A stretch of 62,134 nucleotides of DNA from Octopus bimaculoides (lineage: Eukaryota). The notes beneath the pieces are model-generated. The model saw only the letters and a program-made list of their open reading frames with translations, was not told the DNA's origin and did no database searches. The translations under genes and the position numbers were made by a program. This document shows positions 1-13,875 of this stretch, one piece after another. Every line of letters starts with the position of its first letter. Positions within the stretch are counted from its first letter, which is position 1. The stretch covers positions 65,728,994 through 65,791,127 of the forward strand of contig NC_068983.1 in the NCBI RefSeq assembly GCF_001194135.2, read 5' to 3'.

Positions 1-237
1 GGCACATAAAAGACACCATTTCGAGCGTGGCCGTTTTCGTGCGGGTAACACGTAAAAGCACCCACTACACTCTCTGAGTGGTTGGCGTTAGGAAGGGCAT
101 CCAGCTGTAGAAACTCTGCCAAATTAGACTGGAGCCTGGTGTTGCCATCCGGTTTCACCAGTCCTCAGTCAAATCGTCCAACCCATGCCACCATGGAAAA
201 CGGACGTTAAACGACGATGATGATGATGATGATGATG
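1..237 (+). mobile_element. SINE, 3' part (head lies outside window), with (GAT)n tail
   Basis: Core TGGTTGGCGTTAGGAAGGGCATCCAGCTGTAGAAAC resembles the V-SINE-type conserved domain. It ends CCATGGAAAACGGACGTTAAACGAC followed by (GAT)n, a 3' end I recognise from octopod SINEs. Family name not verified. Confidence 0.8.
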
Positions 238-262
238 ATGTGTGTGTGTGAGCGTATGTATG

Positions 263-302
<40 letters not shown>

Positions 303-1058
303 CCCTCATAAATACATGCATGCGTATGATTGAACGCTAATATATGTATTTGTTTACTCATATTCTTATATCATATGTCTGAGTACACAAATATAATCCC
401 ATTATGACATACATTTATAATCACACCTGCATATAATATATTTGGTCTGACAATGTGTGCCTCTGTTGTTGCAATACCACTTCACTTGTGTCATTAATTA
501 GTTTACTGACAAAAGAAAAACATGAATGCTTCTTATTGTTGTTTTCGCTCACTTTAAGTCTGAAAGCTTACGTTTATTAATGAATCCTTAAATGTACTCA
601 TTTAACACGACTTCTATATAGAAAAGTAGTCAATTCCGTTTATTTATAGAAACATTTTCTATACTGCTTCTTCTACAGTTTAGTCTGTGTCTGAAAATAG
701 ACTTAGATCATACACGTAGCAAAATAACACGAATCAACAAGAGTACCTTGATATAATCACTCACTCTGCTAAAATTAGCTGCTATATCTCCCTCACATCG
801 CACCTTACCGACTTAAACTGCAAAATCAATTTGCATTATATAATCCTACGTATAATATAGTTGAAAAAATTCTGGAAAGTCACGACAAGAACACATTGGA
901 TATGGGTTTACTATTCCAGCGTGTTGCGCTTTTGCTATTCTAGGAGTAAGTGGGGAACATTAAGCAAGGCAGTGGATGTACTTTAACCTGCTGGAAATAT
1001 CCAACTTTCCCATCACACACACTCATCGATCTTGAGAAACGGATAATGTATGCTACGT

Positions 1059-1458
1059 TTTGTTGACACTCCGTCGCTTACGACAACGAGGGTTCCAGTT
1101 GATCCGATCAATGGAACAGCCTGCTCGTGAAATTAACGTGCAAGTGACTGAGCACTCCACAGACACGTGTACACTTAACGTAGTTCTCGGGGTTATTCAG
1201 CGTGACACAGAGTAACAAGGCCGGCCTTTGAATTCCAGGCACAACAGAAACAGGAAGTAAGAGTGAGAAAGCTGTGTGTTAGAACATAAGTTGTGATGAA
1301 AGAGTACAGCAGGGTTCGCCACCATCCCTGCCGGAGCCTCGTGGAGCTTTAGGTGTTTTCGCTCAATAAACACTCACAGCGCCCGGTCTGGGAATCGAAA
1401 CCGCAATCCCATGACCGCGAGTCCCCTACCCTAATAACTGGGCCATTGCGCCTCCGTG
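1059..1458 (-). mobile_element. tRNA-derived SINE with 11-bp TSD
   Basis: Minus-strand head GGAGGCGCAATGGCCCAGT...GGTTTCGATTCCC (A/B boxes). Flanked by direct repeat GTATGCTACGT at 1048-1058 and 1459-1469. Confidence 0.85.
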
Positions 1459-1540
1459 GTATGCTACGTATACAACATCTAAAGTATGAGATAATCACAG
1501 ATAAACTATCTTTAATCATAGACCTACTTGATTAGGGACT

Positions 1541-1841
1541 AAGGAGCACTTCGTCGGTTACGATCAACGGAACAGCTTGCTCGTGAAATTAACGTGCAAG
1601 TGACTGAGCAAGCCACAGACACGTGTACCCCTAACGTAGTTCTCATGGAGATTCAGCGTGACACAGAGTGTTACAAGGCCGGCCCTTTGAAATACAGGTA
1701 CTACTCATTTTTACCAGCTGAGTGAACTGGAGCAACGTAAAATAAAGTGTCTTGCTCAAGGACACAACGCGTCGCCAGAAATTGAACTCACTACCTTACG
1801 ATCGTGAGCCGAATGCCCTAACCACTAAGCCACACGCCTTC
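1541..1841 (-). mobile_element. tRNA-derived SINE (different head, shared 3' domain) with 15-bp TSD
   Basis: Minus-strand head GAAGGCGTGTGGCTTAGTGGTTAGGGC...GAGTTCAATTTC. Direct repeat ACTTGATTAGGGACT at 1526-1540 and 1842-1856. Segment 1561-1690 closely matches 1104-1230. Confidence 0.85.
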
Positions 1842-1934
1842 ACTTGATTAGGGACTGACTTCATATCATACATCAGCGACAGTGTTGAAGCTGACGACAA
1901 CGGAATAAAAGACAACAAACACTACTGCAACAGA

Positions 1935-2125
1935 CTGAGCTAGGAAAATCGTTACTACATGGGGTAAAATTCTTAGTGGCATTTCTTTCGTTCTCTTTTC
2001 TGATTTCAAATTACGATGAGGTTAAATCTACCTTTCATCCTTTTGATCTCAATAAAATAAGTAATATTTGAACACTTGAGTTGATGTATTCAACTCACCC
2101 TTTCCCTTTAAAATTGCTAGCATTC
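1935..2125 (+). mobile_element. decayed SINE (family A)
   Basis: Degenerate match to the better copy at 40051-40278 (AATCGTTA...TTCAAATT...CCTTTCATCCTTT...AAATAAGTA). Confidence 0.55.
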
Positions 2126-2585
2126 TGCTAAAATTAGCAAGATTTATTATTGTTGTTTTTGTTGATGATGATGATGCTGTTTTGTAAAGAATCATGTACA
2201 GAACAGTGGAGGTGTCCTGCATATATGAATTAGATTTAATGGGTGGAAGGGAAAATGTCTGTAACGAAATATACACTTCTATGTCATGGCTTATAGAGTA
2301 AGAATATCTTCATTAATCCAGCTAGTTATAAGACTGAAGTCTATGAAGTATTTCTTCACGCATCACTTATTTAATGATTTCGATGTTCCGCATGAATGTG
2401 TTTAATAGATTTTTAAACACTTAATAAGGAGCCACAATTCCTCGCCAGAGGATTTGGAGTTTCTTTCCGTGTGTTTATATGTTTTTATGTTTATGTTTTT
2501 GATGTGTGGCTGGTATTTCACTCATTATTTATTTTCAGATGTATTTAGTGTACACGCACACAGACACAAACACACTCATATACAG

Positions 2586-3440
<855 letters not shown>

Positions 3441-5248
3441 TAATCACCACAAAAATATTTATCATTATTTTTATTATTAATTTTACAATACTTATTAATG
3501 TTAGCGGTCTTTCACATTAAAGCTGAACCGAATCTTTCATCTATTTCAGTAGCAAAACAATCAGTTATCTCCCTTAATTCTACTATTTCCTGTACAATTT
3601 TATTATTCACAAAAATATTGTATCGCTAGGAGTGTGATAGTGTGTGACTTATGTGTGTGTACGTGTATTCATGTATGTGTGTGTGTGTGTTTGGTAAGCC
3701 TGAGTACGTATGTGTGTGCACACGCGTGTGTTCGTGCGCGTGTGTGTGCCTGTGGGCCTCTTTCCGCATATATGCGTATGTGAATGTTAATATTTATATA
3801 TTAATTATAACGAGATCAAAACAGTTTGTTTTGGCTGGCGCCTTATTTTCTGTGCTGATCGGTGTTCAATTTATGCGTGTGTGTGTATATATGTGTATTT
3901 ATGCAAAGGTTATAGATAGAAACAGAGTGTGGGATGGAGGGCTGTATGTGTGTATATTCATGCATAAGTAAGAACTCGGCTATGATTCAGGTAGTAGAAC
4001 GATCTCTTTGTTATCAGAAGGTTCAGGTTCAATCTCTCCTCACCTCACAGCGGCTTTGATCCAGACATTGAATGAAAAACTAAATAGACGTAAATTGGGG
4101 AGTTCTTCGGATGGAGTATATCTATAAGTCAAAGAGCAAATTTTATCAACACTGCGAATCATGTCCTTGTCATCTGAGAATTATTTTAAAGTGTACATGT
4201 GTCTGTTAAATACTCTGCCACATATATTATAATGTAATTTAAGACAGTATAGTGTGATTTGAGGGAGAAACGAGTGATATTTCTAACTGATCAAGCGATC
4301 ACGTACAAGTTCTTGTTAACGTTGGTGACGCCTACCGCCATTTTGTTTTAGAGAAGCGAATTTGAAAGCGGAAAGAGACTGCAGTGGATTCTCAGGAATT
4401 AAAATCATGTAAATTCGCCCAGTGTCCTTGTATACATTTTAGGTAATGTTGAAAATTTATTAAAATATAATGAACCTGGTATGAGGAATACTGAACGGTA
4501 AAGGATTACGTTCAAATGATTTGTGTGTGTAACTCATTCGATTTTCTCTTATAACTATTTTTTACTTCTTTAATGAGATCGGAGACGACTTCAACGATAT
4601 AACATACATTATACTGTCTATGGATTTAATGACAGTTTGAATATTCCTATTACGTTATAGGTTGAATTCTTGTCAGTATTTATCCTAAATTTTATTTCTT
4701 TATTTTCAAAATATTCCATTAACTGCTGTATTATCAGGTGTATATTCCCAAACCTAATTTATTTTAAAATTGTTTTCCTCTTAAATCGTATTCTGCGTTT
4801 GTTTAATACTGAATATGGCTGCAAAATACTATAGTCTGTTTCTTGAAATAGTAGGATTAGCATTTGGATAATGTCATAAAGTGTTATATGGAAGTAAAAT
4901 GGCAGAGAGAGATATGGTTTTAGAATATAATCATGGGGTAATGATTTTTATTTATTAGAGTACCGAGCTGGAATTGTATTTTACCAGATCCATTCAAGTG
5001 AAAATTATTTCCTTGATTCCTAACAAACTGCAGATATGGCAGCTATAAAATATATCTACAAAGTAACATTTGCACATGAATATATTGCTTGAAATATTTC
5101 ATTTTATTCACTGCAGTCGGCTCCGCAACAATTCAGTTCTGAGTATATTAGATTATAATCAGTTGCTCTTACCCGGAACAAATACTTTCCCTTTAACGAT
5201 AACCAAGCACATTATCCAGCTCTATTTCTATCAATTGTCCTGATTCGC

Positions 5249-5318
<70 letters not shown>
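5249..5318. repeat. (ATT)n microsatellite, tail/target of adjacent R4-like element
   Basis: Perfect ATT array abutting the 3' end of the minus-strand element at 5320-5760. Confidence 0.95.
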
Positions 5319-5319
<1 letters not shown>

Positions 5320-5760
5320 TCTCGAGCATCTTATTCTCACTGTATGTTATTACTGCACTACTGAGCGCAAATCTCTGCACTATGGCTTATAAGCAGTGTT
5401 TTATTTTCGTTTTCTATATTCTATTGCAAAGGAAACTTGGCATAATATGTATACAATGCCTAGTAAAGCTGTATATTATGAATACTTGTAAGTCATGGGG
5501 GTTCATTTATGTATTTGATTGTTTTTAATCACTATCATGATTCTAAATATTTTATGGATGGTTTTTTCTTTACAAACTCCATGTTCTGGTTATTTCCATT
5601 TTCAAACCTTCATATTTAGATAATTTCTCTACTTTTGTTTGAGACACCTTATCCTTTATCATCTGTTGGTACTAAAGCTGGGATGAAAAGACACTGTTTT
5701 AGCAACATTAACCGATTGCCGTTCCATCCATGTTAGTATAGAATGGCATTCACTAGAGTA
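5320..5760 (-). mobile_element. R4/Dong-like non-LTR retrotransposon, decayed 3' fragment (RLE C-terminus)
   Basis: Minus-strand translation SQTKVEKLSKYEGLKMEITRTWSL matches the K..KY..L..EI.R.W motif of restriction-like endonucleases. It runs into (TAA)n. Confidence 0.7.
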
Positions 5761-5789
5761 TGTTCATTTTACGATTCTTTATTACCAAG

Positions 5790-5948
<159 letters not shown>

Positions 5949-7837
5949 AATTATCAGAGGTTTTGTTGCAGCTCCTGGAGTCTTGCATGCGTAGCGGGCT
6001 TACCACCTGTTGCTTACCGTACCATTATATTCTCTCTTTACAACTATCGAATATTTTCCTGATTATTCTGGCCGTGCCAAGGGGGAAAACCTTTTGTAAC
6101 ATTTCTACTGGGAACTCTATTCCAATTTATTTTTTATAGTCCTCTTGAGGCCTTCTGAGACTGTTCCCAACGACCCAACAATAATTGGCGCTATCTTCAC
6201 TATTTTCATTTTCCATAGCCGGGCTATTTCGTACTTAAGAGGGTTGTATCTATCTTTTCACCTTCATTCTTGACTATTCGTTGTTCAAAGGAGCATGTAA
6301 CATCAACTATATAGCATATGTGGGGCCCGCACCTGGTTCACCACCACTAGGTCCGGTCTGTTATGCTCCATTTGATCTGTTTGCTAGTCTCCGACTCTGC
6401 CACTCTGTTGTTTGTGCTCATATCACGTCTTTCTTCTTTTTAGACCCTATCTTTCTTACACGTTCCAGTGTAGTACTTTCACTACTTGGTCGTGTCGCCA
6501 CAACTGGTAGTAGTTTTGCGTAAGTCTCAGGCATTCGTTTGTGATACGGGCAATGGTTTCATCCACTCTATTGAGGTTGCGGCACTGCGGAAACACTTGC
6601 TCATTCCTAAAGTTCACTTACTCATTCCTCAGGTTGACCCATTCGTGACCAGTCTCTTTTGTTAGGGTCCCTTTCATCAGCCAATCCCACCTCTTTTTTC
6701 CAGCAACTTTTGTTTGTGATTGTGTCGTCCTGCTTTGCGTAATTCTTCTTCATGACCTTTCTGTATTTCTTCTTTTGTTTCCCCTTTTTCTCTGCTTCTC
6801 AATACTCCATCGTTCCTAACTGTCACTAGCAAGGTTTCCTTACTTTGGTCTAGATATCTCATTAGAATGTCGAGTTCGATACGTATGCAGTCTTTCACAC
6901 TTATCACTCACCTTCAACCATTTGCTCTCTTCACGTATAGGTGATCAGTGTCTGCACGTGGATGATTGGCTCCATGCATTGTTAGGAGGTTTCTTGACTT
7001 CCTATCCATCTGCTTTCGCTCCTCAACTGTCAACTTCAGGATTCTAGCGCCATACCGAACAACTGCAATTGCGTGTGTGTTTATTGCCGAAATTATCTTT
7101 CTGGCATTCGGTTTTGAAGCAATATTTTTCTCACTCGCCGCAGGTACTCTCTCTTTGTGATTCCCTTCATTGTGGTGTTTGATTCCATCTGCGTCAAGTA
7201 TTCTCCAGTATTCATGGCTACATTGAGATTTAATTGCCTGCATCATTTCCCCACTTGGCAATCATATGCCTTCTGTCCTGGCAAGCTTTCCTCGTCCCCT
7301 CACCATCGTAGCACATTTTCAGAGACTAAACTCCATCTTAGTATCATTAGAGAAAATCCTCACAGACTGGGCTAAGCTGTCCAATTCTGCCTCAGGTTTC
7401 GTGAATAGCTTCAGGTCGTCCATGAATAGCAAGTGGTTTAGTTTTCCTTTAACTCTTCCCAGATCATATCTCAATTTTGTTTTCTATAGTATTTCACTCA
7501 AGTATACCCCGCACGAATATCAATGGGGACACACTGTTTCCCTAGAAGATTCCTCTCTTTATTTTCACCTCCCCTCGTATTTGCTTCCCTGCTGCCAATT
7601 CCGTTCTCCAGTATTCCATGCTATTCCATATAAGGCTTTTTATATTCTCTGCTACTCCATACATTTCCATTGTTTTTATTATACCTTTCTGAGTAGCAGC
7701 CCACTTCGTTCCAAGTATCTGTACATCCACCAACCAAAGCACCTGGCATTAGTTTCCACATTAGCGGAAAGCATGTTGTTGTTCAAAAGTTCGGTGGAAT
7801 ATTTCCCTTTTCAGAATCCTTGGTATATAATGGGTAT

Positions 7838-7838
<1 letters not shown>
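5949..7838 (-). mobile_element. R4/Dong-like non-LTR retrotransposon, 5'-truncated, frameshifted RT plus RLE
   Basis: Minus strand: IKRGIF (ORF 7542-7742), catalytic NHLLFMDDLKLF at about 7404-7439, thumb AINTHAIAVVRYG...MDRKSRNLLTMHGANHPRADTDHLYVKR, C-terminus PIIVGSLGTVS...LGTARIIRKIFD, short 3' UTR, (TAA)n tail. Confidence 0.92.

Positions 7839-7839
<1 letters not shown>

Positions 7840-7882
<43 letters not shown>
7840..7882. repeat. (TAG)n microsatellite between two R4-like elements
   Basis: Read directly. Confidence 0.95.
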
Positions 7883-7884
<2 letters not shown>

Positions 7885-7902
<18 letters not shown>

Positions 7903-9330
7903 TGTGTTTCACAGAACAATATCGTAGAGGAATGTAACGAAAATTGATTTGTCCATAACCAGTGGATAAGTTTACGCTTTTCATTTAGACCTACAGAACT
8001 TTGCGGTGGATTCGTACAGATTGAAGTTAAACTATTTCCTAGGTATGCCCTATCTTCACATTTACTCTTATTGTTCAATCCATTTTGTAAGATTGGTACT
8101 TATAGCTCCCGAGGCTCCAAAAGTAACATATACAACTCTCACCTTCTTCAATGACCACAATCCTTTTATTTTCTAATTCAAATCATCATATCTAACGCAG
8201 TTGTCTATTCTTTTCGATAGTCAGCCATCACATGAGCATGTGATTAGACCAGTTTCTTTCCTCTTTACTCATAACTACTACATCCAGCTTTTGATGTTAA
8301 ACTCTATGATCACATTGGATCGTTATATTCCACTTTATTTTTATCTTGTCATTCCCAATTCCTACTCCAGAGGTTTGATCGTGTAATGTCTTTACTCCAT
8401 TTGATACATACTTGCCACGCGGCTCCAATAAATCATTCTTTCAAAATTATCGTATTTTCTTTTGTATTCTTTTTTGGACCATCTTGGCACACTCATTCTC
8501 AATGTGCCATACAGTCTCACTTGTCACTTTCTACTGTATTGTTGATCCTACTTTTGGTGTAATTTGTCCTAAGTCCTTGTTTAGTTGCAGCACAGATAAG
8601 AGATTCTCCTTCTGGCCTCACGTTTCTCTTCCTTAACCAGTGTCACTGTCCATCGTCATCAGTATTCCTGCTCACATTGCTCATAGATATATTTTTCTCA
8701 TTTTCTGTTAACTTTCATCCTCCACTTTTTGTTCTCTGCACACACATGTCTCCATGCAAGTATCTGTCCTGACTATGCCAAATGGTCTCACCTGAACCAG
8801 AAAGGGTTCTATGGTTCCCTTGATATACCACAACAAGCTATTTTCTTCAGTGCATATACAACATTATTAAATAATAGAAGGTTGATCTTTTGTTGTTTTC
8901 TCTTACATTCATATCCAGATTTTACTTTTCTCAATAGCAATATTAAAGTAATATTATATCAAACAAGAAAAAGCGATGCACTAACTCATTGAAAGATCCC
9001 TCTTTTGATTCTTGCCGTTCCTAGCTTCTGTTCATATGATGTGAGCTCAGTCTTCCAGCTTTTCATGCCTTTTACCAAACAACTCCTGATATTCTTTGCA
9101 ATATCCAACATGTTCAATAATTCAATGATCGATGAATGTAGTATCATGTCATAGGCCTTGCGGTTATCTATCGAAGTTACTACAAAATTTGTCTTCATTC
9201 GCGTACAATATTTCGTTATTTTCTCTAAGAGTAGCTGGTCTTTAGATCCCCAAATATCTTTTTTGTGGCATCCTGTCAGCTTCTTTATCCATGAGGCCCA
9301 GCAGCTTTCCATTAATTCATCTTCCTTCTT
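7885..9330 (-). mobile_element. R4/Dong-like non-LTR retrotransposon, internally deleted and decayed
   Basis: ORF 8986-9312: WIKKLT..GSKDQLLLEK..IDNRKAYDMILHSSI..WKTELT..RIKRGIFQ. Downstream remnants of the LICAA-EQALRTNY region and KVRVVYVTFGASGAISTNLTKW (RLE C-terminal motif). Ends in (CTA)n. Confidence 0.8.
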
Positions 9331-9473
9331 ACGTGTTGCACACTTCCATTTTCAATTCTAATTTTCTTTTGGGGAATCCCGAATGCATATAGGCACACCT
9401 CTGATACTATTTAAGTGGAGTCTTCCCACTTCTATTTACTGTAGCTGGGCTGCTCCCAACTGTTAATTACAGA

Positions 9474-10699
9474 CACGACTGTTTCTCTGAAAATAACGCA
9501 AAAGTCGTCACAGCCTTTTATTAACTGAGAAACATGACTTAAATTGCGCACTTCGGTAGAGTAGCCTTTCTTATATTGTAATACCTTCCCGCTTCTTATT
9601 CATTACTGGCATATGATGTTCCAAACAGTTCTTCCCGAGGAGAGGTGGAGAACGTCCGACTTCTTCTCAAGGCCACAGGTTGTTAACGGAGATAACACAA
9701 TCTACAAGTGGAATGTGCACAATAGAGAAAGGCGATTAAAGAAGGGATAGCAACATTGAAGAACAGCCATACACTAGATCACCAACTGTGACTACTGATA
9801 CAAATTTCTGGTGAGTGAACGAAATAATGCACAGACATCCCACCCACGGCAAAATTTGCAGAAAATTTGGACTGTGGTTAGAAATCACTACAGAAGATGG
9901 TGAAGAAATTGGGTAATGGAAAATGTGTGATAACTCGATACAGCGTTGTCGACACCCGATCTGAATGACAGAAGAGTCATTGTTCGCTCTAGTCTATCAG
10001 AAGCATTCGAAGCCAGTGGTGATAAGCGTTAATTCAAGCTAGTGACAGAGGGGGAAACGTAGAATTATATTTAGGAACCGGAAATTAAAATTTATTTCAT
10101 GGAATGATGTCCGTTCTCTTCAACAGTGCCCAAGAGGTTCAAGCGCCAAAGATTTGCACAGGAATCATGGTAACTGATTTGGGAAGTGACAGGGATGACA
10201 TTCTTGATTTTCTGGTATGTGGCTATATCGTGAACAGCAAATGGTACACGGATACACTGAAAAACGTTAGAGAATCCATTAGGAGGAAAGGACAGAAAAA
10301 GGATAATCTGATATCAAACGACATTCACCATGACAACGCATCCTTGGTAATATATCAGTCAATTGGCAAATCGCATACATCATTTTCCCCACCATTGTCG
10401 CAACACAGATCTGGTGCCCTCTTCTTCAATTTTCAACTATTCAGTTCGATGAAGGGTAGTCGTCGGGAACACAAATTTGATGACACAGATTTAACTGTGA
10501 AGGTTTGAGAATAACAGTGCACATCTGAATTATTTTCAAATAAGATTTGAGCGTTGGCTTTAACAATGACGCAAAGAGCAATCGATGATGAGTAATACAT
10601 TTGCATAAATAAGGATCCTCTCTACAAATATATGCGTTATTTTATAAGTGAATAAAATGTTATATCCACTTTTGCATTACTTCCCGTAAAGACTTCGTG
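9474..10699 (+). mobile_element. decayed mariner (Tc1/mariner) DNA transposon, near unit length
   Basis: ORF 10104-10508 aligns with the mariner catalytic region: GYIVNSKWY..TLKNVRESIRRK, HHDNA, degenerate HPPYSPDLAPSDF. Imperfect terminal inverted repeats CACGACTG...AATAACGC (9474) and GCATTAC...CTTCGTG (10674-10699). Length about 1.23 kb. Confidence 0.75.
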
Positions 10700-11771
10700 T
10701 ATGTATGTATGTATGTACGGATGGATGAGTGGATGGATGGATTGATGGATGGATCGATCTATCGGTCGATCGATGGATATCTATCATTATAACTATGTAC
10801 CTATGTATCGATCTATATAGAATAAGTATATATTATTATACTCACATGCACTATCGCACACGCACATAGACACACACACACATATATACAATAAATAATT
10901 TTTATAAAGTCTTCTTTTATACTTAGTAAAAGTGTATATATATATATATATNNNNNNNNNNNNNNNNNNNNNNNNNNNNNNNNNNNNNNNNNNNNNNNNN
11001 NNNNNNNNNNNNNNNNNNNNNNNNNNNNNNNNNNNNNNNNNNNNNNNNNNNNNNNNNNNNNNNNNNNNNNNNNNNNNNNNNNNNNNNNNNNNNNNNNNNN
11101 NNNNNNNNNNNNNNNNNNNNNNNNNNNNNNNNNNNNNNNNNNNNNNNNNNNNNNNNNNNNNNNNNNNNNNNNNNNNNNNNNNNNNNNNNNNNNNNNNNNN
11201 NNNNNNNNNNNNNNNNNNNNNNNNNNNNNNNNNNNNNNNNNNNNNNNNNNNNNNNNNNNNNNNNNNNNNNNNNNNNNNNNNNNNNNNNNNNNNNNNNNNN
11301 NNNNNNNNNNNNNNNNNNNNNNNNNNNNNNNNNNNNNNNNNNNNNNNNNNNNNNNNNNNNNNNNNNNNNNNNNNNNNNNNNNNNNNNNNNNNNNNNNNNN
11401 NNNNNNNNNNNNNNNNNNNNNNNNNNNNNNNNNNNNNNNNNNNNNNNNNNNNNNNNNNNNNNNNNNNNNNNNNNNNNNNNNNNNNNNNNNNNNNNNNNNN
11501 NNNNNNNNNNNNNNNNNNNNNNNNNNNNNNNNNNNNNNNNNNNNNNNNNNNNNNNNNNNNNNNNNNNNNNNNNNNNNNNNNNNNNNNNNNNNNNNNNNNN
11601 NNNNNNNNNNNNNNNNNNNNNNNNNNNNNNNNNNNNNNNNNNNNNNNNNNNNNNNNNNNNNNNNNNNNATATATATAAATACATTTACACCTCTACAATT
11701 ATGCTTTGTATATGAATGAATGGAGTTTCGGCTAAATAAAGTTGAAAAAAATGGTTATCATTTTTATTATT

Positions 11772-11995
11772 AAGGTTGTGATCTACCAGAATCGTTAGCA
11801 ATCAATGGGAAATGATAAGCAGCATTTCGTTCGTCTTTATGTTGTGAGTTCAAATTCTGCCGGAGTTGATTTCGCTTTCATCATTTCGGGGCCGATAACA
11901 CGAGAGCTAGTTGAACACTAGGATCGATGTTATTGACTTACTCCCTCCCTGGTACAAGATCAAATTGTTGATCTTGTGCCAGAATTTGGAGCCAT
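11772..11995 (+). mobile_element. decayed SINE (family A)
   Basis: TAAGG..CAGAATCGTTAGC..GAGTTCAAATTCTGCCG..TTTCATCATTTCGGGG; matches the reverse complement of the 40051-40278 copy. Confidence 0.7.
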
Positions 11996-12020
11996 TATTA
12001 TTGTTGTTATGATGATTATT

Positions 12021-12210
12021 AAGGAGACAACTTGGCTGAGTCGTTAACGGAAAATGCTTAGAAGTATTTTGCCCATCTCTTTATGTTCCGAGTTCAATTG
12101 CCAGCAAGGTCGATTTGTACCTTTTTTCTGGGATCATTGTAATTAACTAGCCGTATTCCCTACCCCACAAAATTTCAGGCCTTGTCCCCACAGTAGGAAG
12201 GATTATTATT
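12021..12210 (+). mobile_element. decayed SINE (family A), tandem to previous copy
   Basis: TAAGG..GAGTCGTTAAC..AAATGCTTAG..GAGTTCAATT..AAATTTCAGGCCTTGTCCC. Confidence 0.6.
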
Positions 12211-12699
12211 ATTGTAATTTATAAATTCTATAGTGTATTGTGGTAATTGTTTATGCAAAGATTTTATTACCTTTGAAATGTATAAATCATAAATATATTT
12301 TTTACTCAACAGGAAAAAAAAAACATCTGCTTTACAGAATTTCTTGCAACATTCATAAATCTTTTACAAAAGGATAATGGAAATATCTTAACCTCTGCGA
12401 GAATGTATGCCATTTCCTTTTTTATTTATTTGTGCGAACAAATTTACATTTTTCAAAAATGATCACTCTTTTCTGCTTATAAATCCCTAGACTTTTTTTC
12501 TTTTTACATTTTTCCACCCGTGGTATTAAATTGATAAGCATTTATCATAAAGTATTAGATATTTTATATCAAAATTTTGTAACTTTTATTCTATGACTGG
12601 AATCCTAAAATAATGGTTATTTTTAATCCAAGATATTCCCGTACCAATCTATCGTAAATCTATTGTTAGAAACCAAACAATAAATGTATACTTACATTT

Positions 12700-13350
12700 G
12701 CTTAAATTAACCCCAAACATAGACTGCTCCATTCATGATATTTATACAAATATATTCCACTTCATGGCGCCAATCTTTTAACCTTACGTCATTTGACGCT
12801 GCTTTCACTCGGCATTTAACATTCTATTTTGCTTTCTCGAATGTAAAACGCCGACACTTCAGCATACATATTAAATCAACTGATTCAATAAAAACCAATA
12901 GGCATAATTTTTTATGTATTTATTTATTCTTTCCAACAACTCGACATCAATGTGTTTTTTCAAGAAACTCTGATTTGGTTTGGGTTATGCTATATTCGTC
13001 AGAATTTTATTATCTGGTCGATAGTTTTCAAAGAAATTCGGACCTAACGTTTATTTCATCACATACTTGTCAAATAAAAATGTTATTGGTCAAAGTCCGT
13101 GCAGAGGACAGAAAACGGAATCTCATACAGCTGATTCAACATGTCACTGTTGAATTTACTCATAAAGGAATACCGTAGGACTGAACTTCTAGATTCAAGT
13201 GACCCATGAATGATATTCTTACCAACTAATATTTCATTCCTCGTTTGTTGAGTTTTTGTAGAATATCTCCCTAAATAGCTATGCCATTTCATGCCTTGAC
13301 CTTTAAGTAATAGGAGAATACAGGCACTATCTACTGCCGACAGACATTCA
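12700..13350 (-). mobile_element. possible heavily decayed piggyBac-like transposase remnant
   Basis: Patchwork across frames on the minus strand: TNEE/MK..G.NII.MG, RFRFL..LH..NN, NFFENYRP..I.DE, AMKW. The order fits PGBD4-type transposases but needs many frameshifts. Confidence 0.4.
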
Positions 13351-13399
13351 TGAAATTTCGAGATGCACACACTAACAAATACGTGTATTGAAATGAACG

Positions 13400-13578
13400 T
13401 CTTAGTGCCGGTTCTAGTTATTTTGTGGGTGTCTAACTTGAAATTCTACCGAGGTCGACATTCATTTTCATCCTTTCTTAGTCTATAGAATAAGTACCAG
13501 TTGAGTACTGAGGTCGATGCAATCAATTTATCCCGCCACTGAAATTTCTGGTGATGTGCCAAATTTGAAACCAATATT
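13400..13578 (+). mobile_element. SINE (family A), 5'-eroded
   Basis: AAATTCTACCGAGGTCGAC..TTTCATCCTTTC..AATAAGTACCAGTTGAGTACTGAGGTCGATG core. Confidence 0.7.
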
Positions 13579-13832
13579 CATTTACAATTTTGGACATTGG
13601 GCTATACAGCAATACCATATAAAAATTCGGTATTACAGTACAGCCCTTGTCAAAAAGAAACAAATAGAAACAATAAATGTTAACATTTATATTGGTACTC
13701 ATGTGTATTTGAATCTAGAACATGTTTCATCATTCTCCTATTTCTTAAATTGCTAAACTACAATATCTAACGTAAAACAACTCAAACGAGGTGCTCACGC
13801 TCGCATATGCGCACAAAAAACATGTACGTATG

Positions 13833-13875
<43 letters not shown>

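Noticed and set aside
4325-4350. YY1-like CAAAATGGCGG and possible minus-strand start MAVGVTNVNKNL
   Set aside because: Single motif, weak donor, ORF stops after 16 codons.
13083-13370. Pseudokinase-like look of EILVGKNIIHGSLESR
   Set aside because: No other kinase subdomains nearby; the same DNA is better explained as a decayed transposase or chance.
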